Source: Vicugna vicugna
Taxonomy: Eukaryota
Direction of reading: 5' to 3'
DNA: 64,000 bases
Assembly (NCBI GenBank): GCA_013265495.1
Contig: MU058531.1
Coordinates: 3,224,911 to 3,288,910 of the forward strand
Shown here piece by piece: positions 1-13,358 of this stretch. Position numbers and translations under genes: made by a program. Within the stretch, counting starts at the first letter, position 1. Each line of letters opens with the position of its first letter. The notes under the pieces are model-generated. The model ran no database searches, was not told where the DNA came from, and saw only the letters and a program-made list of their open reading frames with translations.

Positions 1-339
1 CAGAATTTTTCTAAAAATAGGCAAATAGGACCTGTACACCCTTTACCCTTCCAAAGTCTACATATCTATAATTACGCCTTGCTTTTAAGAAGGAGGCAGC
101 TAAATTATCTGTGCCTTTTAAAGAAATGCTCAGGAAATTGGTTAAGGTTGTCAAATTTATAAGATGATTAACTAGCTTAAAGTAGGCTATTTTGGTTTCT
201 ATTATTGACGTTGAAACTTTTGCCTTTGTTCATTTATTTTTCATTCCTTTCCTCCTAATGTTATTTGAGTCGTGGGTCTATGTCCATCACTAGACAACGT
301 GTCTCAATTTCAGAGCCTCTCTGTTCTTTACAGAACTTA

Positions 340-665
340 GCACAACTCATTCATCGAACAAATACTTTTAAGTGCCTGCTATGATCTACTGCAGAAACAG
401 CAGTAATCAAAGACATCTGCCTTCCTGGAGCTTGCGTTTTAGTGGGGAAGATGGACCATGAATAAGATAAACAAGTAAAATATGTACTCTTGCTAGATCG
501 TGATGGGTGCTGTGGAGAAAGCCAAGCAGAGAAGGGTACATAGGACATCCGTGTGTGGGGGGAGGAAGATTTTAAATAGTATAGCCAGAAAAGGCCTCCA
601 GAAGGGCGCCATCTGAGTAAAGGTGGGAAGGAAGTAGGGTCCGCTAGGCAGATGGAAAGCACTCA
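340..665 (-). mobile_element. L2 3' fragment (others at ~2615-2870, 3065-4000, 25740-26780, 50030-50200)
   Basis: tcattcatcgaacaaatactttaagtgcctgctatg is the L2 3' end signature. Confidence 0.65.
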
Positions 666-1063
666 TGTGTATTGAGTAATTGAACCACGGTCAATCGGTT
701 GCTCAGCTCTCATTGTGTTCAGGATGTCTCCTCCATTTGGGGGCTGATGTGTTTACATTGTAAAAGCCTTGTCCCTTCTTGTAACTCTCTCCTTATTCAC
801 AGCCTATAAATAGCGATTCCAAATCAGCTGATGTATGTATTTACGTTCTCCAGAATAAATGACTCTGCACTGAGATTGGCTGGAAGGCCAGCTGAATGTG
901 CAGGGGTTAATGCAGTAGCTTGGATTGGTGGAAGGTAATCAACGCCACCTGCAGCTGTGTGGATGTGGAACAGTGGGAAATGGAAGGAATCCAAGAATTC
1001 CAAAGAGAAAGCAGAAGACAGAGGTCTTGCCATTGGGAGTGAAGGTTTTATACACAAAAATAG

Positions 1064-1595
1064 TGTTGAGGATGGAGATATTTCCTCCTCAATCCCTCTT
1101 GAGCTCTTGTGGCTGGATTAATAATAAAATTGACACAAGGCAGAGTAACAGGAGAAAAAGAAACACGTTTTAATCCTGTGCACAGAGGTCTCATAGAAAT
1201 AGGACCTAAGAAGTGGCCAAAGCAGCCCAGCTTTCATACTTTTTAGACAAACAAATTTATGAGGAATTGACAGGACAAGAAACTTAGGTTTGGGTGCCCA
1301 ATTAGAGAAGACTTAAAACAAAATTTGGGCTTTGGGTAGTCAATGGGAGTGACAAGGTTTGTTTATCTAGGCTCCTTGGCTCCAAATCCCCTATCTTTGG
1401 CAATAAGGGTGTCCTTCTGCCTCCAGGTGCAGGGAGTGCACCTGTCACATGGCAGATTTATTTCTGCCTTTAGGGTAACAGAAAGGAGGGGCAGAGTGTC
1501 CCTCTTGCATTGGTCGTTTCTTAAGTAACTTAAATTCAAAATAATCAATATGCCATTGAGGCACATTTGGGGGTGGCAGACCCTGGGCCCCAATA
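1064..1595 (-). mobile_element. Solo ERV1-type LTR
   Basis: tgttgagg...ccccaata termini and 4-bp TSD atag (1060-1063, 1596-1599). Shares blocks (aaattgaca...cagagtaacaggagaaaa; ggggtggca) with the LTRs at 7734 and 12706. Confidence 0.8.
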
Positions 1596-2296
1596 ATAGC
1601 AACAAAACTGTGCACTGTAAGCTAGTTTCTACCTCAGGCATGTACATCTGTGGACTTTTCTGCAGCCTCACCTATTGGTCATACCCAAACACCAATTCTT
1701 GGCACAGACTACTGCCACAAGGAACTGAATGCTCTTTTAGCAATCTGTGCCTTTGCATGTGCTCTATACTCCTGACCCTTGGCCTCCTGTTTGTTCTTCC
1801 AGCACAACTCAAAATTCTACCTTCTCTGGCAAAACCCATTGAACCGTAGCTCTTAAGATTGATGGATCTCACTGTAGTGAATTATACCTCAAAGAAAAAA
1901 AAAAAAAAAGAAAGAAAAAGAAAAAGGAAAAAACTTCACCTCCTCCAAGAAGCCTTCCTGGTATAACCTTCCATTCCCCCACCACCACTCCACAACCCGT
2001 GGTAGGTCTGGCCACGAAGCCTGGCGTGGTTCCAGGGCCTGGGAGTGAGCTTCCTAGTGTGCCCAGCAGCCAAAAGGAGAAATGGTAGTACATCAGGTAA
2101 CAATCGAGGTGGATTATTGCCTTCTTTCCCATTCCACATTCGTCCTCCTTTTTCCTTTCAACAGCAGTTTCAGCCTCCAAGGGTTTTGTTCACTATTGAA
2201 TTATTAACGAGTAGAGATGCATTTTAATATCTCCCCCATCTTTGCTGACTTCTAGGAACATAAATTCAAACTCTGCATCATAATTCTGACATGCCC

Positions 2297-2322
2297 CATC
2301 CATCCATCCATCCATCCGTCCG
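2297..2322. repeat. (CCAT)n microsatellite
   Basis: Seen directly. Confidence 0.85.
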
Positions 2323-3173
2323 TTTGTCTATCTGTCCATACACATACTTACCCATCTACCCATCTCATAATGTTTAATAGCACAGGCTCTGAGCCCCCAC
2401 TGCCTAGGTTGAAATTGTGGCTTCTTCACTTACTGAGTAACTTTGAACAAGTTATTTAATTTCTCTGAGCCTCAATTTACTCGTCAGTAAAGTGGGATAG
2501 TAATAGTCTTTATTCCTGAGATTTACTGGGAGAATTAAATGGGTTAATGCACAAAAAACGCAAAAATGGTGCCCAGCACATCGTGAGCCCTCAATAGTGA
2601 GCATTCATTCATTAATCATTCACTGAGGATCGTGTGCCAGAATTCGACACTATGGGAAAAAAGAACAATAAATAAGACAGGGACTCTGACCTCAACAGCT
2701 GAGTTTACGAGGGAAGGTTCACAGATACGAAGACAGACAGACAAAGAAGTACAACAGAATTGATTGAAGCTGTGATGGGAAGAGCCCAACGTGCTATGGG
2801 AACCCAAAGAAAGGGTCCCCAGCTCTCATAGGGATGAGTCAGTGAGACTTCCCAGAGGAAATAACTGAACCAAGTCCTATAATTCTGGCCTCGTCTGTTT
2901 TCCCCCTCAATTTCAACATCACATTGATATCCATACTTTCACATTCTTATTCTTGGTTGGTGTCCTGGATTCCCTGCGACTCTAAAAGGACCCAAGCCTA
3001 TTCCCCCAACAGTAGGCAAATAAGAACAGCAATAGTCATAGTAATATGGTGATAATAAATGTTCCAGCTCCCATTTCATTCAGACTAAAGGCAAAAGTCC
3101 TCACAAAGGCTTCTAAGCCTATACCATCTGGTTCTCATAATTTCTCTGACCTCTCCTAACATATTCTTCCATC

Positions 3174-3629
3174 TGTCGATGAAAAATTAATCAGCTGATC
3201 TAAGAAAGAAATGGAAATTTTTATTCAAGCGTAATTGAGGATTACAACGCAGGGACAGCCTCTCAGAAAGCTCTGAGAACTCTTTAGTCTTTTAGAAGTC
3301 AAAGCACAGTTACACAGGTTTTTGAGACAGAGGGCTGTACATTAAATGATGTAGACAGTTTGCACAAACTAGATCTGCAGGTACGAAGTTTTGGGTCCTT
3401 GTGACCCCTTACAAGATGAAGAAGGAATGTTATCCTTTAAGGAACTGGTGCTGGGAGAATGTTGCTCCTTATGATTGAGCAGATGTTTCTGCTAATGGGA
3501 GATTTGGTTGACGCATAATGCAGATACACAGTGCGCAGTAGAAGAGAGAGAGGAGGCCAAAGCGTAGAGAAAAAAATTTTATGTTTAAATCTTTCTAGTC
3601 TTGTCATAAAATATGGATTTTATTTCACA
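3174..3629 (-). mobile_element. Solo ERV LTR interrupting an L2 fragment
   Basis: tgtc...caca termini. Shares the ctcagaNagctctgag block with the LTR at 36509. Flanks are L2-like. Confidence 0.7.
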
Positions 3630-4733
3630 GTTCCTTCCTTTGTTCCAACCAGACCTTTTTGCTGTTCCTTGAACACATCACATATCTGCACCTCAGGGCC
3701 TTTGCTCTGGCTCCTTCCTCTGTCCAAAGTACCCTTCCCCCTACATCTGCAAGGCTCATATATCAACTTCTCTACTGACCGCCCTATCGAAAATGCAAAC
3801 CCCGCCCCCAGTACTTTTACCTTGCTCCAAAGCGTGTATCATCATATCATTCTCCATACTTTACTTAATTATTGTGTTCATTATCTCCTTACTTCACTAG
3901 CTTGTAAGCTTCAGGAAAGGAAGAAGATTTTTCTGTTTTATTCGCTGACTAGCCTGCATCAGTGGCTGGCACACTGAAGGTTCTCCAGCAGTATGTATTA
4001 AAGGAGAGGACAGCGACACCAGCGGCCCTAGGGAAAGTTTCTTGGCGGCCCCACAAGTTAGAAAGCACAGGACTACCTCCCTGCCTTTTAATCATTAAGC
4101 TGCACAAGCATAAAAATCTCATTTTCACTTTACCCTTCAGTCAACAAAGCAATAAAGGTCATTGAACTTGCTTAATGAGTCCACGAGAATGATGGCTAAT
4201 TAACATGAAGCAGTCCAGGGGCTCTGCCAGTTAGCGGCTGGGATCACCTGAAGAGCTCCGCCCAAGTGGAACAGGCCTCTCTCCGGCCCCCCGCGTGTCT
4301 GCCCAGATGTCTGCGCAAGCCCAGCGGGTATCTAAGGTGAAAGCAGAACTGAGACAGCCTCTACCTCTGGGTCTTTAACCATTCCTGGTTGGTCTTCTTG
4401 CCCTGGGAGCCTGGGACTTCATTCCCACTTTCCTAGCCGGGTACCCTCGTCCTGGACCCAGGCTTGTTGGATTCCTCCAAGACTGATCCCGGAGCTGTTT
4501 AATTAGAACACAGGTCTCTGATCCATCCAGGCTCATGGGATAGCTGGGTCTGCTTCCTGCCTCTCTGGAGTCTTTAGGCCTGGCTTTTCCTGGCTGAATG
4601 CCACTCAGTCTCTATTTTTATGGAAACTGATGTTCTGGCCACAAATCCAGAACAGATTGCACCAGTCAGACTGGGTCTGAATCCAGCTGAACCACTTACT
4701 GGCTGACTGACTTTGAATATGTTTCTCAACCTT

Positions 4734-5050
4734 AGACAGCACCAAATTTTACCTGAGCCCCAAGAAAACATGGAGGGTTAAGAACCAACCCCTCATTTAT
4801 ACTCCAGAATCCCTTAACCTTCTTGTATTCAAGGAAACAGCTAATCTTGAAAAGGACAACCCTGACCTTGCAGATTCCAAGATCTATCTCCATCCTTCCC
4901 AGGATTCCCTAGGCTCATTCCCTTATTTATCTGCTTCTATAAAACCCCACCCCCCTGCCCTTTTATTGAGATCGCCCATGTAAATAACCTCCCTATGGCA
5001 ATAGCCTGAATAAAACCAGCTCAATTGCCCACTGCATTTTGTCTTTCATA
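4734..5050 (+). mobile_element. Short LTR inserted into a MIR
   Basis: TATAAAA and AATAAA motifs inside, flanking cctt repeat; MIR halves (ctgggtctgaatccag... / gcctcaatttcccatctataaaa) on either side. Confidence 0.55.
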
Positions 5051-5599
5051 CCTTGAAGCCTCAATTTCCCATCTATAAAAGGAGATCATCATAATTACTT
5101 CCTAGAATTGGTTGAGGATTAAATGAAATTATGTATGTAAAGTTTAGTAAGCTCTCAATAAATACTTTGATGGGGTTATTATTCCTGTTAATTCCCTCCA
5201 GCTCAGGCCTACCAGGCCATGGTCCTTAGGGTTTCCTGTGCTGATTAATCTGATGGGTGTTCTAAGTAACTTAAAACATGCTATCATTACATATTTTCTG
5301 TTATTGACAGTATTTTTTCTAGAAGAAGATTTTGAGGGGTTTGGCCATGTCTAGCCCTACTACCAACCATCAAACACATCCTAAAGGCAGGTCCCAAATG
5401 CTGTCTGGAAACAGCGTCTCAGGGCTCCCTCTCCATTCAGAAATGGAGTTCTGAACCACTACTCCAACCTGCCCCCACATTTGTTGTCCAAGATCTGGCC
5501 TTGCTCTCCCTTCACATTTCATTCTTGGTGATTTTCCAGTGATGTGTTCCTTCTCCCCTATTCAGCTACATGCCTCTGGGTCCTAATGGTGGTGGAGTA

Positions 5600-5910
5600 G
5601 GGGGCTTCTTCAGTTCAGGGGAGAGCTAGGGCTCATGACTCTTTCACTTTGCTTCTGATGGGCGTTATACAGATAAGAGCCTCTCTGGTGATAAGAGTTG
5701 TCTCTGGGAGTAGCTGTCTTCCTGGTATTGAGACACCTCTACATAGAAATATATCAGTGAATTTCTTTTACAAAAGAATTTATACTCAGAACAGTTAAAG
5801 GGAGGTGAAGAGCTCTTCCTGCATCTGCTAGTTCTCAATGGGCTCTAACTCAAAATAGCCTACACTCCAAAGAGACATATTTTGGAATGGTATCTTCTGA
5901 AACCTTTCAT
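5600..5910 (-). mobile_element. ERV LTR fragment
   Basis: Right end (ctcaaaatagcc...ccaaagagacatattttgg) resembles the ends of the neighbouring minus-strand LTRs. Confidence 0.5.
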
Positions 5911-6394
5911 ATGTTTACTGTGCAGTTTGATCCCCATCAAATTGTAATTCTCTGAAAGTGTGCAGTGCCTGAAGAATTACCCAAAGTATCATATATCTGC
6001 CCGGGTTAATACATTTTAAATTGATCTAAATATTCATCCATTTCCCTTTTGCTTTTATTTTATTGGAATAATGAGAGTTGCAGAGAAGGCTTGAGATGGA
6101 AGTCCTTTAAAAGTCCTCGTGCGTATTTGAGTCTAATCAATTGATTTCTCACTACTGTAACTTGAATGAAACGCTCCGCAATTTCAGAGGTCAAACATGG
6201 TCACATTTCTGCCATTTTTCTAATAATTTGCTAAAGGCCCCCTTTGCCTTAGCAAGAAGCATAGTATTTCCTTCCCTGAATTATCCAAGAACCATGGGGG
6301 GAAGAGTGGTGGGTAGGGGTGGGGGCATCTCGCTTTAGCCAAAAAGGAAATCAGTGTAGCTTCCACACGCCTGCTGTCCCAGGGAGTACTCAGT

Positions 6395-6935
6395 CATGCT
6401 TTCTTAAGCTCTTCATTTCCAATGCTTTGACATCTTGGGGCCTTCCTGACCCTGGATGGCTGCCCCTCGTGGGGTTAGCCCGTTCCTGGAGAGAGTGAAG
6501 ACCTGCTGGGATTGCTGGCATTAGTGCTTCTCATACACAAATTTGCCAGTCCAGAGCCCACCCCTCCCACCTGCCCTATCCAGCTCTCACACTCGGGTCA
6601 CATTCCCCTGCCCCAACCACCCCAGGGCCAGCACTAGACAACCAGAAAGAACACCTATATCTGGAGCCCACCAAGGTTATTCAAACAAGCCCCTCCTCAG
6701 CCTGCTTACCCTGCCTATCTTTCCACAGAAACCGCAAAAAAAGTTCTTGCTCACATTTTCCTTAAGTTCTCTTTGCCACAAGCCAACCTTGGCACTTTCC
6801 CATGTGATCCCTGCCCCACCACTGGGGTTAGCTATTCCCTACTCCTCTGGGGAACTGTGACAATCTTTTCATCAGCAATCCTCTCCTGATCTGTTCGCTT
6901 CCCCATTTGTGGACAATAATAAAACTTAAATTTTA
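6395..6935 (+). mobile_element. Old MER-type ERV LTR
   Basis: Recognisable tgctttgacatc...ggggcctt...gaccctgga and ccccagggccag...agacaacc blocks. Confidence 0.6.
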
Positions 6936-7733
6936 AAGCCATCCCAGAGTCTAGTGAATCCAGCAAGCTAATGGCTTTTCACTGCCAAGGGCATCAGTAT
7001 TGAAAATGGGTCTCATAAAGTCCAAGAAGTGATGCTGGTCTCCCGCTGCCCTGATATCAGTGTGTTCCAGATCTCAGCCAAGACTGCAGGAAATCCTGGA
7101 GGCAGAGCCCAGCTTAGCTGAGGGTGCCACACACCTGGGCTCCTAAGAGGGCTGATGCTCAGTCCAGGTACCTCCGGAGGGCAAGTGAGCCTGTGGAAAG
7201 CTGGGATCTGGCATCAGCCACCCTGGGCATCCATAGCTATCTTGTGAGAAGGCTGCCTTCAGATGACACACTAATCCAGTGATTTACTCTCAAAGAGAGT
7301 ACTTTAGGGGAGTTCCTGGCATCTCTTTTGCTATAAAAAAGAGAACCTTGCCTTGAGTTTCAGATAGGCATTTCACAACTTATCAGAGCACCTTATTTAT
7401 GAAGGAACAGCTTGTAAAATAAACTTTGTGCCTCCCCCATCACTGGCCGCTCGTGGCCTCATTATTGGACTCTTTCCGTCCCTGAAAACTCCCTTTCTCC
7501 CCTTCCCCCATCCCCAGTGTCCAGAGCTCCCAAACTGACCCCTTCTCTTCTAGCCCTTCCCCAAGCCTCCAAGCAATGCCCTAATCTTGGCTCCTCCATC
7601 AGCCTTATTTTTTGTTTCTATGCCTTGGCTCATTTGGGGTTCCCCAGGACCTCTAAGCTTTCAGAAAAGCTAAGAAACCAGTGTCAGGCCCAGCACTCAG
7701 ATTTTAGGGGGGCTTGGGCTGCTTCAAAGATTG

Positions 7734-9276
7734 CATTAGGGAAACCCTTTCTAGGTTGTTCTCGCTGGTCTAAGAATTAACATGAGGCAGAATAACAGGA
7801 GAAAGTCAAATTGCATCACACATGTATGGGGGCCCCACAAAAAAGGATGAGACCTAAGGACACATTAGGTGGTCAAGGTCTATATGCCATAGTGAAGGGA
7901 AAATAAAAATGGAGTTGGTATTGCCAAGAGAGCTCTCTGAAATGGAGCCAGGAGGAAGCGTGACTTACGCCCGCGACAGCCTGGGTGCAATCTGACCTTC
8001 TGACCATTATTGTCCTAGTTAAAGTAACCAGAACACTTGCCAGAAACTCAAGATACTTATCAGATCTTTACCTTAAAATAACGGTGACAATCTATTTATT
8101 TAAACAACTTGTGATTCCGTAAAGACAAGTATTTTCTGACTTGTGTCAGAATCAACCACAATTCTCACCAGTCAACTTTTAATGGCCTTGTGGCTTTTTG
8201 TCTTTATAAGCCCCTTACTCATTCTCTCCCCCAGAACACTATTAACGAAATAGGGAATGACAAATCTGGCTCCATATTGGATCTGTATTCTATTGCTTTT
8301 GTATAATCTTTTATAACCTTTGTATTCTATTGCTTTCGCCACAAGTTAATCACTAAAGGGATGTTGTCTACAGCTTAAAGTATGTATGATGGCCCACCTC
8401 CAAGAACCCTGCCACCTGTGCCTGAGCATTAAGTTAAAATACCTTTGGCTCACAGGAAACATCCTAAACAGGCCTACCTGTGAATGGCTGCAGGAAAGAA
8501 GAATTTAACACATCCCCTCTGGACGGAACCAGGAAATATTTTCACCAACTTATCACCCTTTTTTCACTTTACCTCCTCACCTCCCCATCTTTGTTCCATA
8601 AAAGAAACCAGCATCCAAACCTGGGCAAGCTGGTTCTTTAGGAAGTTAGCCCACCATCTTCTAGGTCTGCTGGCTCTCCAGATAAAGATGCTACTCCTTG
8701 CCCCAACATCTCATCTCTCAATTGATCGGCCTGTGGTGAAGCAGGCAGTACGCTTGGACTTAGTAACATTTGCAGGATTACCTACATCTGTCTCCTGAAT
8801 TGCAATTCTTCAGAATTCAAATAAACTTTTTTCTTATTTGCAGCCTCCTGCATTATTTTTTGACACCATCTAAGAGAAGAAGAAGTGGGTAAGTCTGGGA
8901 CTTCAAAGGCAAGGAAGGCAATTAACATAGAGCTGGAAAAACAAATGTTTGGTAAATAAACCTTTGCCGTCCCTTGCAGAGACAATGGGACAAAGGGAGG
9001 ACTTTGGTCTCCAGGCCCTGCTGAGTTTCCCCTACTATACCTAGCCCACATTCTTTGCAGATATATCTACTGATGGTGCTCTTCCTGGAACAGGTCCTTT
9101 ATCTAAATTAATTTAGGCAGTTAAGAGGGAGGTAAAAAGAAAGGTTTCCTGAGTCTTTTGTTACTTAAAAACAAACAAACAAAAAAACCCAACCCCCCTA
9201 CCCCCAAAAAACCAGCCTCAAATAGTCCTCATGCTAAAGAGACACACGTTGGGGTGGCAAATTTTGCCCTCCTACA
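7734..9276 (-). mobile_element. ERV1 LTR carrying two nested LTRs (7891-8865 and ~8241-8768, both +)
   Basis: Outer TSD attg (7730-7733, 9277-9280). Inner TSD ccat (7887-7890, 8866-8869). The outer halves are collinear with the intact relative at 12706-13358. Confidence 0.75.
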
Positions 9277-10944
9277 ATTGCAACAGTGACACGGATTAAA
9301 ACAGGTTTTTAACTGGCCCAAGAACCCAGTCAACATTTAACCAAGCACGTTTCCTGGAGAAAATGTGTCCCAAGGTCCAAACAATGGACACACAAATGAA
9401 GTTTCAGAATGTTTGCAAGCCGATGACGGCCTATCTCTACAGCCTCCAGCTAGTGGCAAAGGGAATTCTGGGATTCGGTAGAGTGAACACTGTCTAGCAG
9501 ACTGGGGTTCTAGCCCTAACTGCCACTCATCGCATCCAAAGAGACTCAGTTAACTCATCAATAGAATGGGCATATCACCTTTACTATCTTCCTTGCCAGA
9601 CGTTAGGAGAATGGGCCAGGTAGTCTCTTGCAATTCCAACAATGATGCAAAATTAAAGCTGTGCTCAAGAGGTTTCCTGCTGTGAAGAATTTCTTCATTT
9701 TTGAATGATTTCTGAAAAGTTTTGGGAATGGGGATGGTTTGACATTGACTTAAAGGATCCTTTATTAATTCAAGGATCACAGCGGAGAATGGGGAGAGGG
9801 AGGTTGGCTGAGGGCTTGATTGGGCTGGAGAACCCAGGGTTCACAAAGGGATCACAGGGTGACCAATTTATTTCTTGCTTCAATGCTTCCTTTTTCTCAA
9901 GTCCAGACCCTATTGCATCTCAACAGTCTCAAAGTGGCCAAATGCCTTCATTCCAAAGAGCAGTCACTTGACACCTGCTGGTTGGCATTAACATAAACTA
10001 TGCAGCTGGCTTCTTGTTCTAGAAAAATAAAGCCTCTCTGTAGGGTTGCTTAAGGCAATTAGACTTTCTGCTTAAGAAAGAAGGAATTAATTAACTACAG
10101 AAAATTAGCTGACTTTCTGCTCCAAGTACTGTTGAAAGGAAGTAATCTTGAATGGGTTTGTAACTGGCTCATTTACACTATTTCTGCTGCTTTAAAGGAC
10201 TCGGTGAGCTTTTACAGTTCAGCAGCCTCGGTTTAGTGAAACCTGTCCTGAGTGAGATGTTAAGCATTGACACCAATGCACATCCCCCTTCTCGCCTGTT
10301 TGTTGCAAACACACAAGATGGTCCCTTTAGGGACATTCAACTACTAAATGCCAAGTCTTATTTTCACTTTTCTATTTTCATTTTGCTAATTATCTCTTAA
10401 TAGAAACTTCTAATGATTGACCTACATCAACCAGTTGGCAATGGGACAGATTTAAAAGAGAACTTTTGCTTAAACAAAGTATTGGGCTGGAGGCCACTCA
10501 GTGCAAGCCTTGGTCAAGGTCTGGAAGTTGGGGAGACAGTGACTAGGGAGCCAGGGATTGATCAAACCTGGGATAAACAGAGCAGTGGTTGAGGAACTCT
10601 GAGGTGTTCAAGTCCCAGCTGGGTAGGATAAGGTGATCAGACGATTTATTGTTCAAACCAGGACACTTTTGAGAGTAAAAGGGAGTGCTAACCACATGGG
10701 ATGCCAGGACAAAAGAACTGAGACAGTCTTAGGAAAATCAGGGTGCGTGGGCACTATGCCTTCTGGCTCCTCGGCAGCTTTGTGACTGTGGAAAGTCATT
10801 TGACCTTTCTGCGCCTATTTCTCAGCTTTACAATGATGATAGCAATGTCCTACAAGGACTCATTCTTACTAGCCTTGGAGATACACACTGATGCACTTTA
10901 TAACTTGTAAAACATCATCTAAATATGATATCAACTACCATAGT

Positions 10945-11514
10945 TGATAAAGCAAAACCAAGTTTACTGCCTGCTACTGAGAGGCAAAGTAGAGAGACAG
11001 CAGCCTGACCATATATAAAAATAGAACAATCTGCGGCAACCTGCTCAGGAAATCAACCCCTTATCTGCAATAAACAGTGTGAGAAGCCAGCCTCTTATAA
11101 GCCAGACTTGCAAGAAGCCAGTTTGCTGTCTCTAATGACAGTCCAGGAAGCTAAACAATAATCTCTGTCATAATCAGCTCCTACTTGCCAGGACTTGGTT
11201 AATAACTGACAGCTTTCCTAATTTTTATCCCCACTTCCAACTTAGGATCTATCAGAGAAAACGAAATGCCTACCCATAACCAGTCACACAGGATGTTCTG
11301 CTTCTGGTGAGGCAGCCCACGGCTTCCTCACGCCAACATCCTTCGACCAGAGCGTACCTGAAGTCTTCTATCTTCTCCCCCTAAAAAGCTTTCCCACTCC
11401 TCTGCATGCCTTTGAGTCCCCCAAATACGAGCGACGATGGCTGACTCCTTTACCATAGCAAGCGCTGACTAAAGAGCTGGGGCCTTTCTCACGTGGTTGG
11501 TCTGTATTTCCACA
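10945..11514 (+). mobile_element. MER-type ERV1 LTR
   Basis: tg...ca termini and characteristic ccaggacttggttaataactgacagcttt / cccacttccaacttagga blocks. Confidence 0.65.
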
Positions 11515-11531
11515 TCTGATATTTGCATATT

Positions 11532-12137
11532 TTGAAGGAGAATTAATAAAGTGGCTGCACTTAGGCTAACAGATTGCTTATTCTTATGCTGGCCCTTAAA
11601 ACAGTCAACTAACCTGACCAACCGGCTACTACTCACAGCTCCAGGCCCACTGTTAAAACTAAAACTATTGATCTTACTGTTCCTACTTTATTCCAGTAAT
11701 TGAAAGTAATAATCACGCTTGGTCTCAGTCTTTCTCCAAGGAGAAGGTCACAGGACTGTAACCTTGCAAAGTAGCCTGAATTACCAAGAAGATCACACCT
11801 TGGGCGCTTATAAAATAAAGAGATGGAAAGAGTGTGCCAACCACTAGCCTCTATAGATTTGGTCACCTGGAGACACATGACGCCACTCTGAGTCTTATGA
11901 GAAGAAAATAATTCTGTTGATTGTTATCAATGCTTTATTGTTTAAGCTCTGGCTATACAATCACCCTGCCCCATCCCCAAGATGGGCTCACAGTTTTGAA
12001 GGCACTAGCCTACTGTGAGGCCCCTTTGCCTGGCAAAGTAATAAAGCCGCCTCTTTTCTTCTAAGCTCTAAGACCTTGACTCTGAATTATTAGGCTCGTC
12101 AGGGACGGGGTTGGAGGGGGGAGGTATTTCCGCAACA
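11532..12137 (+). mobile_element. Solo ERV LTR
   Basis: tgaagg...caaca termini and R-region motif cctttgcctggcaaagtaataaagcc. Confidence 0.7.
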
Positions 12138-12705
12138 ATAGGACCTTGGGTCACAGGACACTGAATGGAAAGCTGAGGGAAATGGGTGGTAAGTGCATTC
12201 ATAGGACTAGGAGGAACCCAAGAGGCCCTGCCACCATTGTTATCAATCCCTACAGCCTAAACCAAGAGGAGAATTATTCCCAGAGTAGCAGAATTCCCCT
12301 AGAGGAGGTATGCAGAGGCTTTTCCGGCAAGGATATTTGCATTTCCTGTGATTCAGTTGACTCCACAAATTTTAGCCTTCTACTGATGTGGTGGGTAGGC
12401 AGCTGCCTGCTGGTGGGAAGATCCCAGCCCAGAAGGGGCTGAGAGTGGTGGCTAGAAAAGGTTGTTCTGGAAGAGGTCATCTTGCCTTGGGTGCCCGATC
12501 ATTCAGAGCAGACTACCTTTCCCATCCTCCCCTGCCCCCTGGATGCGCTACACTCCGGCTGATGAGATGTGCAGCATCTGTGCAGTACACAGAGCCTGCA
12601 GGGCCTCCTTCTCTATAGAGGTTTTTGTTTTCTCTCTTTAGTCCCTCCTCTGCCTTCTCCAAATCCTGGTGGGTGCAGAAGCAGAGTGGGAAGGAGTGAG
12701 AGTAG

Positions 12706-13358
12706 TGTCAGGGAGGAAGAAACTATCCTCTACCCATCTAGGTTCTTCTGACTGGTATAAGAATTAAATTGACATGAGACAGATTAACAGGAGAAAATCA
12801 AACAGAAGTTTAATAACTCATATACATGGGAGAGACCTAGAAAAACTGAGTAACTCACCCAAAGGGCTGAAACCCTCATCGTACACATCATCTTCAGCTA
12901 AAGGCAAAAGGGGATGGTAGGAGTAGTGGTTTGGGACTTCAAAGGGGAGGAAGGCAATTACATCAAGATGGAAAAGCAAATATTTGGTTAAAAAAAAAAA
13001 GCTGGCTGGAAAAGAAAATTTAATTAAAAAAATTTTTGCTTGGCTATGCAGAGACAATGGGACATAGAGAGGAATTTTAACAAACAGGTTTTGCTAGGTC
13101 CCTCCCTACCTACCACTGTAGTTCATACTTAAATAGCCCACACGTGGTTCATGCTGCAATGCTCTATGGTGATAGCTCCCTCCCGGGAACAGGTCCTCTA
13201 TCAAAATTCTTTTAGGCACTTAGGGGGAAGGTTAAAGGTTTTTTGGGGGGTTGGTTTGTTTTTATTTTAAAATCTTTTGGGCTTTGATTGCTTTCAGCTC
13301 AAAAAAATCTTCCTGCCAAAGAGACAGCTTTAGAGATGGCAAATTTTGCTCCCCTACG
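12706..13358 (-). mobile_element. Solo ERV1 LTR
   Basis: 4-bp TSD gtag (12702-12705, 13359-13362); strongly similar to the outer LTR at 7734-9276. Confidence 0.8.

Noticed and set aside
3531..3977. 148-aa ORF
   Set aside because: Spans an LTR/L2 junction, has a non-ATG start and no protein features.
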